Source of the DNA: Paramecium tetraurelia
Lineage: Eukaryota
Reading direction: 5' to 3'
Length of the DNA: 64,000 nt
NCBI GenBank assembly: GCA_000165425.1
Contig: CT868097.1
Location: 440,867 to 504,866, forward strand
Shown: in pieces, positions 1 through 10,941 of the stretch
Numbering within the stretch: the stretch's first letter is position 1
Layout: each line of letters starts with the position of its first letter
Notes under the pieces: model-generated
Databases searched by the model: none
What the model saw: only the letters and a program-made list of their open reading frames with translations
Told to the model about the DNA's origin: nothing
Program-made: the position numbers and the translations under genes

Positions 1-3000
1 TGTTTAGTTCTGAGAGCTGCTGCCTTTCTTGCTTCGTTCATAATGGCAAGATATCTTTGTTTAAGTTCTGATTAATATTGATTAAAAAGCCTTGACCATT
101 CACTCTAAGTTAATCTCAATTTTAATTTTGGTTTTATGTCAGAACACATATTTTCCGCTAATTTTAGTATCAAATTTGGAAATGGTTACTAATCTTATGG
201 TAATTAACGAATTTTATTAAAAATTATTTCTTTAAAGACTACTGAGTTTTATCCATTTCTTCTTCTTGAAAATTCCCTTTTTTGTAAAATGTATTTGATT
301 TCTTAATCATCCTTAGCCTTCAATTATTTAATTTCAGGTCCATCAGCTTTAAATCTAATCATTAATTTCCCTCTATCTGTATTTATCTATTGCTTATGAG
401 TTTCTTTATAATCATTTATTTTTGTATAAAACTTAATTAATAAATAGATAGATTACTTCTCTCATTTATAGGGTATATTCTCTTCTAATTTTTTGGAGAT
501 GTTCTTTTAGAATTTCATATTTGACCACTAATTCTTCCATGAATACTTTTTCATGAACTTACAATTATATCATCATTTGATAATCAAATCTTATCTTAGC
601 TGCTACACTAAGTGCAATGTTATCGATGTATTTAGTATATGGTAGTAGGACTCTTCCTAAAATTTTAGGATCTATATCTTTAATGTCTTCATCTATTTAT
701 ACAAAGGTCTTGACTTTTTTTAATAAATTTGTCCTCAATTCAGTTGCTTTAAATACTGGATTGAGTTTAAACTTTAGATCATTCCAATTTTATGATTTTT
801 AAGGTGCAATCAGTCTTTATAAAATATGATGCTACTTTTCCAGGAGATGTGGTAATTCATGCAATTTTAATTCTTCTCTATCTTTTTCGGTCATTTGACC
901 TTTAAAACTTTGTTTTAAATACTCATCCCATTTATAATTAAGATAACTTAATTGCACTTGGAAGTTATGATTGTACCATTTCCAAAATCGTTAAATTGTT
1001 AATGTTTTGGCTGTGATAGTCTTTAAATTGACTCTAAATTTAACAAATAAGGAGCTTCTCAAATGATATAAGTTGATTTTTCTGATATAAGTATATTTAG
1101 ATTTAATTCTAAAATGAATTTTGAATCTAAATATAAATGATAATAAAATTTTCTTTTATCTTAACCCTAGTTTCGATTTAATTTTTTTGATGATATTCCT
1201 TTTTCTGATTGTATTTTGAATGATTCTAGCTTTCATATGTTCTTTAAACATTAATCGTTTCAATTCTAAACCTCTTTGAGAAGTATCCTACATCATTTGA
1301 AAGATATTTTCCATATTAAAATAAGTCAAAATCATCCTAAAAAATTACATGTTTTGTTGTTATCTAATAATTTCTAGTCTCTTTTTGTATCTAAATTCTG
1401 GGGATTTCTCTTGGATTTATTGTTGGATGTGATGGATCTTCTCTACAAAGTTATCTTACTTTTTTTATTGAACAATTCTTAATTTCATCTCTCTTTCATA
1501 GGCTTAAGTTTAAATGGCTTTAATGATGTCTTCTTTGTTTTGAATGGGAACCTTTTTTAACTGCATTTTATCAGTAATTTCCTTATTGAGTTCTTCTCTT
1601 AATTTTTATTTCTTCAAAAAGATTTCTTTTCTCTTTTATGATAATTGTTTGAGATCTCTTTTGACATTATGAAGGAAATAGGGATCAAACTGATCAAATT
1701 TATCGTGATACTTCTTCTTATCACTTTGATTGAGATCATCGCTTTTATTTTTGGAAGACTTCGAATGAGTTTATAAATTATTCTGGTTTTCAAATGATTG
1801 CTTATTGTTATCGTTTAACAGAGTCTTCATAAATTTAGATTCATCCTAAGACTTAACCATTAGGATGTATTAATACTTCAAAACATCATTTTCATGACTT
1901 AACAGTTAATCTATGTCTTTGTGCTATTCCCAAGTTTGTGATGTTGGAGTTGAAGTATTGCACACAGGTATGTATAGGTAATTTTGATATTCTAATTATT
2001 TTAATTTGGATTACACATCATCATAGTCCTAATTTACTTGAGTATGATAATTAATGATATCAGTGTCCAATCGTAAAGATTTCGTATTCCATTTATTCTT
2101 CGATGCACCCTTGAGAGAATCAACTTGGCTCTTCATCTTCCTTAATAACCCAGCAGTTTACTCATATTACGTGTTTTTCAAGGGGGATTCTACGGTATCA
2201 CAAAATTATTGAATCGAAGTTTGCACTTAAATTTGATCAATCTTATTTTTTTTATCAGCAAAATCCTTCATAAAGGCAGCCTCCTCTTTGACTCTCCTCT
2301 ATTAATGCGAGGTGTACTAATCAACATTCAAACTTGGCAATTTGTACTTCGAATTAGCCGGAACAATAAGAACAGTAAAAGTGCTACCCATAGCAGCGTC
2401 AATTACTTTTACATTCTTCAATTCTATCAATTAAGGATACCTGACTTTATCATCCAAATCCCCTAAACAGTTTTTAATATTTATTCCCCAACCAAACAAT
2501 TAACCTGATAAATCCAATGCTCCAAAATGAGAATCCCCAGCCATTATCTTGATGAACGGTTTCTGTTTTTAGCATAGTTTGGCCGGTATAACAGCTTTGG
2601 ATAAATCCATCTAAAAAGGACCTTTGCCCCACCCATAGATATCTCCCTTCACATCAAGTGCAATGCTATAATTGGTACCACATACACAAGATACTATTTT
2701 GGTTGAGAAATCCTCGATTAATTTTGGAACCAATTGTTCCTTCTAGATAAAATCCATATAACCTAACTTCCCATCTGCAAACTCTCCCCAACTCCACACC
2801 TTACCTTAATCATCCCAAGCCAGTACATGCTTCTAACCACAAGCAATTCCTATAAATTATACTGCAAATTGCTATTGCAAGCCCAAACAAAACAATTTAT
2901 TTGGAGTCAAAAGATATGTGGTTGTGCCTACACATTTCAGTGCTACAACCTCAGCTTGGTGAACTGGCAAATGACTGGATCTTCTCTCCAATTCATTGTA

Positions 3001-3574
3001 TCTATTGATCGAAAAATTATAAGTAATATCAAGACTGCTTATCTAATAAAAGGTGTCAATTTATTCGGTGAAGCCTTGTTTCTCTGAAAGTTTCAAGACT
3101 TCTCCGTAATTCAATTGATGCCAATTGCCCCAGACGTAGATCTTTTTGTTTGTCGAGTAGGCAACCACAAAGCCAGTTCCAGCATTTACTAATTTATAAG
3201 AATTTTGGGTTATTTGTGATATGTTGACAGGCATGCTAACAGAGGGCTGTTATAAACCTAATTAAGCGAATTGAGAATTTCCGAACCCCCAGAGATCGTA
3301 TTAAGCTATTTTATATCATAAACGTACTATCTATCAGGAATGTATTTTATTCACAACATATGGCACTGATAAAACACAACTCCTGCTCTCCCTTTTTGGA
3401 TGTTTTAGCAGGATCTCGAGAATATTTGTTCTGTGGGAACACAATCCTTTGCAATCTGAATAACCAATAAAAAATTACTTCTAATTGTCATTCATAATGG
3501 TCTACATCTATAAGGCAAAATCACCTACTCCAAAGTAAAGCACTAAATTACTCAATCAAAATACCATGAGTCAT
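1..3574 (-). CDS. RCC1-repeat (RLD) protein with long coiled-coil/low-complexity C-terminus; runs off the window edge
   Basis: Code-6 translation gives RCC1 repeats such as IACGQKHVLAWDDQGKVWSWGEFADGKLGY, YDLWGFGNSQFAQLG and KIYVWGNWHQLNYG, with several 21-25 nt GT-AG introns. The start is approximate. Confidence 0.75.
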
Positions 3575-3828
3575 TATTTAACAAAAACTGAATTATAATT
3601 GCAATTTTATTTATAAATTTTGTCTTAATCAAGAAAGAATAGTCTTAAGAAATGTAATATTATACCAATTAACCCTAATTTCAACAACAATGTAGATTTG
3701 TCTAATCCTAACCTTGCTGATTGATAGGATCAATTGGTAGTAATTAAATTCATAAATCATCGTTACTTAATTAATGAAAAATAGTATCATATAAATTTAA
3801 AGAATGTATAAAATGATATATATGTCTT

Positions 3829-5229
3829 TCAAGCTATGATTATTATCAATGTTAGGAACAGAGTAAACGTGATTCCTATTCCAACATAAATATATGTTTG
3901 GGCATCTTAGAGCATTGGCTTAAATTTTGCTAGTTCTTCTAGTTCTTTTTTTGCATTGATTTCAAGTGTGTCATACAAGTTCTTACCGCTCTCTTGTATT
4001 TCTGGTGGATTGTAGCTATCACTTTCCTTAATTGCACTCGGAGGGTTCAATTTAGTTGTTTATGTGATTTGATTGGATGTTATGAAGTCCCTTCTGATTT
4101 CAGATTACTCATTGTCACTAGCCACTCCTTCATTACCATTTAAGTTGAAGTATTTTATCTCGAGGTTATCAATTTGCTTTTAGACATCTTATTTAACTCT
4201 TCTCTCCAAGTCATTTGGTTGAATGGCGTCATAATTTGGAATTTAAATAAAGGTCTTTTTCAAATCTTCCAAAGCCTCTATAACATTCTTCTTTGTTGTT
4301 GATGGAAAAGTCATCATCAGAAAGTAGCATGCTTTGAATATTAATTACATTTTACATTTTTTTTCATCTAATATTCCATGCCATTCGCATCTTTAATTTC
4401 CTTAAGCAAATACTTCAAATTTGGTAGTTTCTTACAATTGTTTCTTTAATTAATTTATAATAGATCCTTTGGTATCATCAAAGGATTTTGAGGTTCCTCT
4501 TTTTAAACAGAAAAGTGTCTTGTTGCCAACTACATTGTATATCATAAAGCATCTGTAGACTGATTGTTTTCTATACTACTCCTAAATCTTGGATTATTAT
4601 GCAGGTTGTCTAATTGAATTAATTCTAAAGATTTTAATAATAGTAAATACTAAGGAGTGCTTACGAGGAACTAATTGCTAGTTGACCTCTATTATTCTTA
4701 TTGGATTCCCTTTTCAGTTTCATCTGGTTGTCCTTCTGGTCCGATGTCTTTCACATATTGTTGTTCCAGTTCATCTAACTTGGCCAGGAGATCATTTTTT
4801 TTTGTAGGTGGAAAATTGGATTCATTCAACTAGGATTTGTAAAATACATTTGTACATTCTAGTAGTTGGGCACATAGAGGACGATTTGTTATAATTCGAG
4901 TAAGGATTGCAGAATGGCACTTTGATGTGATCCAGGGAAAGTCATCATTAAAAAATAACAGTCTTAACTTATATGATAAATTGTAAACTTGTCTTTTCGT
5001 CTAATATTCCATGCCATTCACATCTCGATCCACCAGGAATGTTTACTTAATTGCGTTGGGAATCGTAGAGATTTTATTTAACATATTCTTTAACTTTCAA
5101 TATGGTTTCTGTAAATAGGTTGCCACAGTGACGTTTAATAGAAATTAACACTTATTGCTTATTGCAATCATAAACGACAAAGCATCTAAACACCCTCCCT
5201 TCATAATCTAAGGCTGATTTGGATTGCAT
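3829..5229 (-). CDS. Tail-anchored protein with two tandem longin-like domains
   Basis: Starts MQSKSALDYEGRVFRCFVVYD. Internal repeat RCEWHGILDEKxxCYFLMMTFP occurs twice. Ends in a hydrophobic anchor YIYVGIGITFTLFLTLIIIIA-TGA. The longin assignment is inferred from the pattern only. Confidence 0.7.
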
Positions 5230-5474
5230 ACGTAGATCTAAATTATTTTTATTATTAATTTATATTTGTTATATTGTTTCATATCTTTTAATTCTATTTT
5301 GATAAAATCAAGCCTCTTCGAACTTTCCTTCGTGAGTGCAGTAATTTAATGTTATTATCAAAATACTCATTTGTTTATTAAACTAAAAAAGTTCTGAAAA
5401 AATGGAAAGCTATAATCATATTAAAATTGAAATGCTTGATTTTTATACAAAAAATATGTCAACTAATATATAAA

Positions 5475-7160
5475 TCATGCTACCAAGTGCCTGCATAGCA
5501 TTCTTTATTTTGATATTCAAATTGACCCTTCCCATGAGCTTAATCACATGAAAAAACTCCCATAAACTTAGAACCATCGGCAAAATAGAGAACTCCGATG
5601 CCATGCTTTTATCCATGTTTGACCTGTCCTTTGTATTGAATCCAATCCTTCCTTGCTAAATTCTTATATGATTTCTCCGACTCCTACTTTGGTTTATTAA
5701 AAAAGGTAACTTCACCGTCAGGGATATCAAAGACCCACATCCCCTCTGTTACCTTTTCGTTTTCAGAATCATAATAAGTGCCTTATCCATGTCTTCTTTT
5801 ATTGCAAATTTATCCAATGTAATAGAAACCGCCTGAATATTGCAATTTCCCCTATGTGATAGCATTTTCAAAAGTGTTTCTTGTCTCCTAGGTTCTGCCA
5901 TAGTCTTTGATCGAGGCCTGACTCATGTCTTGTTGCTTGTTTCTTTGTTACTCTGCCTATTAGTTTTTAGACAAATGTTAACTAGATCTAATCATAATTG
6001 GAGATGTAGCTTAGCCAGAAGGATGCTTTGATTAAAAGATATTCTAATGCAATAGATTGTCAAATGAGGAAGGCTTGTTATAACCATTAACAAAGAATTC
6101 TTAAGGTTGATGCTATTCTAATAGGCGATGCTTCTTTAGGTCCAGGAACAATTTATTGACCATTTCATCCAACTGTATGAAATCAGGTCTCTCACTTTCA
6201 TCCAATTTTAGCATCAATTCAATCAAGTGTAATATTTATTCATTAAAATTGGTGGTTATGAGATCATCTTAAACCTTCCTCAATTGGAATTCATCTATTG
6301 TCCATCTCTTCCAATCATACACTTCTGGCTTCTTGGCTTGAATCAAATAGATGATCATCAATCCAAAATTGAAAACATCTGATTTATATCGATTGTGTTT
6401 CAGATACTAGAGTATTAATATAATATAGGCATTACTTTGTCTTTCTTAGGGATAGCCTCAATTTGTGCTGGAGAAAGAAAGGCTGTCTTTTTCATTTCAC
6501 TCAAAGCTTGAAATATCTTAATATATACTTTGTTTATCATCATAAAATGAGATGAACTCTTGAAATAGATTTTATCGAATTGGTTTTTAATACCTATCCA
6601 CTAATTTGAAGACGTCAACGTTGAAAGGAGTTTTAACCATTACGATATCATCGATATCAAAGCCTGATGGGTAAATTTTGTTTGCTTGTTGAAATGAAAA
6701 TGCTGAAACTACGCAATCCAAAAGAAATAAGATTTCGTTTTGAGTAAATTGCTATTTCATTATGACCTTCTTGTGTCGAGATAAAGGTTCTATTGGTTAA
6801 TCAATGAGAAGTGTTATTTCAGTATATGGGATGAAAAGTTTCATTGATTCTATTATGGAAATATTGTGAATTGATAATAAATTAGGGTGATTGTGCTATT
6901 CACTCTTTGTTCTCCACTTCCTCACAAACTCTCTTAGTTTATTCTGGGAATCTGTTGCTTTTGAATAGATCAATCCAAAATTTGGTAAACTATTATGTTG
7001 AATTCTATGATTTAATGTTTGATTACATTTCCACCCAATCCAAGGTTTAAAATATTTTATACTCATCCGTATAAGGCATTGGAACCTAAAATTATGACAT
7101 TATTTCCCTCATTCGTAAATCTTGCTCGATATCTTAAGTTGTCCCTTAACAAGAACCCAT
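5475..7160 (-). CDS. Kinase-like (pseudokinase) domain plus C-terminal MORN repeats; N-terminal MGSC acylation motif
   Basis: C-lobe motifs YKSDVFNFGLMIIYL and LMLKLDESERPDF. MORN repeats RHGQGTYYD, KHGIGVLYFADGSKFMGVF and AHGKGQFEY. No HRD or DFG seen. Confidence 0.8.
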
Positions 7161-7320
7161 TATTCCAAAATTTTATATATTATTATTTTATAAACTATCT
7201 GTTTTTTTAAACTATCAAGAAACCAAAAAAGATCTGTTAGCAAATAGAACTTTATTTTTTAATAAAAGCATTTCCATTGTACATTAGATACTTAATAAAA
7301 TATAAAAAATATGTTGATAT

Positions 7321-7933
7321 TCAAATCTCCTTAGATGACGTAATTTTCTCAAGAATTCAATTTTATAAATACGATAATGTTATCTTCAATTTTAAATTAG
7401 ATATCTCTCAATAGTTCATTCTTTTTTTAATAGGAATTTTAATGCTAACTCTGTACTAACTCCTTTATCAAAGACCTTTCTACCTTTAAATTCATTTAAA
7501 GAGTATGAAATATGAATTCTCATACTCTATGATTGACATAGAATTAAGTTGGGGTTCATCTCAATATATAAATCTCCTAATCTACTAATCTTTCGTTAGT
7601 TCTTCAGTTGCGTAATATGGAATTTTTTGATTTTTATGAAATTATATTTTAGAATCTAAACCTTAAAATTTGTTGCATTTTCAGTAATGAAATTTCTACT
7701 TTGAATTTAAATGGATTTATACAAATGCTTAGAGTTTACTTACCTTATTGTTTAATTTGAGAGGTTAAAATAAAAATCTGAAAACTAAAAAACAGGTGAT
7801 GCAGATAGTGTTAATTATTAAATAATGCTGAGCTATTTTATTATACGTATTCTGCCTTCTATCATTTTTAAAATGATTTCTTATGAATATGTAACTTAAC
7901 AAGGGTTCTGTATTTAATAGATCTACTCATCAT
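7321..7933 (-). CDS. Possible small hypothetical protein; exon structure unresolved
   Basis: Open code-6 stretch QLKNQRKISRLGDLYIEMNPNLILCQ...KGRKVFDKGVSTE; start, end and introns could not be fixed. Confidence 0.3.
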
Positions 7934-7989
7934 TTTTATATTTCAGTCTATTTTGTATTTTATGTAAGGCTTTAAACATAAATAATATT

Positions 7990-8494
7990 TCATAAAATTT
8001 TGGTAAACATCAATATACTTGAAATTTGGAATACAAACATACTGAATATAAAGACATAAAAGTATCGCTTATTGTGTCTGCCAACACATTTGCCAATCCA
8101 GGGACAGTGATGATCATGACCTTCAATACAGACTCCGCATGCATCGCAGTGTTCTGTTTATTTTTGTTATCTTTGCTTGCAAATTTCACAGTATTTAGTT
8201 GGTTATATAAAATACTTATAACTATAATTGCTAACTCCTTGATTCATGAAGGCTGCCAGGAAGTAGTTTGTTAAGGTTGAAGTATAGGACACTACGCTTA
8301 AGGATAATCTAATGAATCCGAGATGCCTTGAGTATAACAAAATCAATATGATGAAGCCATAAATTGCATATGCGATGTAGGCCCACAAAAATAGTTGAAC
8401 TAATGGTTAAGCCTCTTTTACAATTAGGTCCGAGGACGATTACTGGAATGCATTCGTCCATGTACAAATAAGGTTTGCATTTCCCCCAATTCAT
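7990..8494 (-). CDS. DHHC-type protein S-acyltransferase (short form)
   Basis: YCEICKQ...EHCDACGVCIEGHDHHCPWIGKCVGRHNKRYFYVF, preceded by two hydrophobic segments; 22-nt intron after ...VLGPN. Confidence 0.9.
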
Positions 8495-8516
8495 TTATTA
8501 TTACATCATATTAATA

Positions 8517-9304
8517 ATGAAAAATTATAATTATCTCTTTAAGTATATTATTGTGGGAAGCACTAGTGAGTAATTTTATTATTGATGAAGGTGTAGGAAA
8601 AAGTTGTTTGCTTCTACAATATGTGGAACAAAAATTTAGAAATGCTTACCAAGTCACCATGGGAGTAGAGTTCGGAACCAATCTTATCAAATCTAATGGG
8701 CATGTTATTAAGTTATATATATGGGACACTGTAAGTTAGTGATCGCTTATGATAGGCTGGATAAGAGTCCTTTTCATCCATGATTCGATCGTATTATAGA
8801 AAGTATATTTGGATTAAATTAAGTGCTATTGGATGTATATTGGTCTTTGATTTGACAGACAGAAAATCGTTTGAGTCCCTGGTCAAATGGTACAATGAAG
8901 TGTTGAGTTGCACTGGCAACGACATTCAAATAATTATTGTCGGAAATAAAAGTGATTTACAGAATAAGTATGTTCTTTCCATATTAAAGGCAGTCGGGAA
9001 GTTCAAGAAAGAGAGGCTTTGGATCTTGCCAAAAGGTTCAATGGAAAATATGTAGAGGCATCTGCTTTAACAGGATCTAATGTCACCCAGATATTTGAAA
9101 CTCTAACTGAATAGATACTTTAGGAAATCTAAAGTGGTAAAATTGATCCACAAAATGAAGTATAACAAATCTCTATCAAAGATTTATGGGATAAAAATAG
9201 GTGATTTTGAAAAGAGAAGAAATTCAGAGTTTGTTCCTAAAACTTAAAGGTAGTCCGTTTAGGTGAGTTATCCAATTCAATCACAAAAGTGGGAGTGTTG
9301 TTGA
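8517..9304 (+). CDS. Rab family small GTPase (Rab2/4/14-like)
   Basis: YNYLFKYIIVGSTSVGKS, TMGVEFG, WDTAGQESF, GNKSD and EASA motifs; C-terminal ECC-TGA prenylation site; several short introns. Confidence 0.95.
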
Positions 9305-9455
9305 ATAGTTGATATCATAAATTTAATTTAAATGCTTTCAAATTTAATTTATAAAATTTATCCCAAATCAAAGTTAGGAATTCCATAACAATCTTATTTA
9401 TAATACATTCAGAAAACCTATATGACTACACATAAGCCAATTTATTTAATATTTT

Positions 9456-10237
9456 TCATTATAAATGTTTGATCACAAACTCTTTCATTAATTTAAAATT
9501 CTCCATCATCATAGCATGTTCGATCCCCTTAAGTTTGATTAAATGGAATTCATTTTCTATTTTTACTAAAGGTTCTAAGGACTTCTCAGCAAATTAATAT
9601 GGAATAACCTCATCCTCCTCACCATGCAATATTTATATAGGAGTCTTGTTATTGATTTCTGTGAATGGGAACAAAAAGCCCGAGTTCCCAAGTATGCCAC
9701 CTAAGGATTCTCTAAGTTAATTTAAAATCATAAATAAACTTGTATCCTAATCCTGCCAATAATGACATACAACATCCTTAAGAAAATCCTCCAATGAAGA
9801 TATTCCTCTTTGGGACTGGTTCCTAATCAATCAGACTCCAAATGAAATTTCTTGACTCTATAGCCTAATCTACACCCCACAATTCCTTGTCAGATTTGAT
9901 CCCCCAATACTATTTCCAACTTGGGATCATTATATCATACCATGATGTCATCATTTCCCCTTAATTTTTGGTTAATGGTCTGACAGGAGCACATAGTAAA
10001 ATGACCTTGGTTGTTTAATTATCAAAAGGGTTCAATTCTGGATTGTTGAAACCTGCCAGAAAACTTTCAGGGACATCTTCTAATCCATGCATCTAATTTT
10101 AAAGTGGGAGGTATTACCCAAATGAAAGTGTATTTATGTTCTTTCTTAGGATGTATATAGATGTGCTAATCTACTCGGGTGATTCCTTAGGTGAAATCTT
10201 TAGTAAGGGCTGGAATCAGTTCTTTGAGGGATAACAT
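9456..10237 (-). CDS. Acyl-protein thioesterase / lysophospholipase (APT1/LYPLA-like)
   Basis: W-MHGL, CAPVRPLTKN, SWYDI, IFIGGFSQG (nucleophile Ser), LHGEEDEVIP (Asp) and GIEH (His). Confidence 0.92.
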
Positions 10238-10260
10238 TATAAGATTATTAATTAAGTTAA

Positions 10261-10729
10261 ATGGGAACTTGCTCGAATAGACCTGAGCAAAAATAGATTT
10301 CAGAAAATCTAAGACTAAGAGCAATAATGATATTTCAAAAAATTGATGTTCAAAATAAGGGTTATATTGATAAAGAAAGGACATTATAATTTTGGAAATC
10401 GAATTTTGCAAAAATAAACACAGATGCCTTGTTTTCATAGGTTGATTATCATAAAAGTGGGAACATAACAGTTTAGGAATGGTTGGCCTTCTGGGATATA
10501 GTAAAATAGTAGGGTTACACCGAATAAGAGATATCAGATGAAGTAAATATGAAAACAATTTATAACTGTTTAGCTTGATGAATTGCAATAAGGGAAGGCT
10601 TGGGTGTAATTCTAAAAGGTTGAGGCTTTTATCAGGGCAGATACTCAGAGACACAAAACATAAATTGATCAGATAGTGCAGATGGAGAAAAAAACATTAC
10701 TTAAGTCAAAGTCTTTTAATTAGAATTGA
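10261..10729 (+). CDS. Small two-EF-hand protein with N-terminal MGTC acylation motif
   Basis: MGTCSNR...IFQKIDVQNKGYIDKE...LFSQVDYHKSGNITVQEW; one intron; TGA at 10727-10729. Confidence 0.85.
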
Positions 10730-10941
10730 TATTATATAAAGATGGTTTAAAATCTTTATTATAAAATTTATAATTCCAGATTGAATAAGATTTTAAGTTA
10801 TAATAAAATCTAACTTGAGATCTCAATTAGAGCAATTAGAGCAATTTTCATAGAAAAGAGTAGATAAATCAAGAGTTAAACTGTTAATAATATATTCAAC
10901 TCAATTGAAATTTTTATGATACACATTCAATAAAAATTCAA

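Noticed and set aside
10187..10654. 155-aa minus-strand ORF, the longest in the supplied track
   Set aside because: Mostly the antisense of the EF-hand gene; only its last residues (MLSLKELIP...) are the true start of the thioesterase.
10824..10847. Short tandem repeat (CAATTAGAG)x2 plus a partial copy
   Set aside because: Too short; ordinary slippage in AT-rich intergenic DNA.
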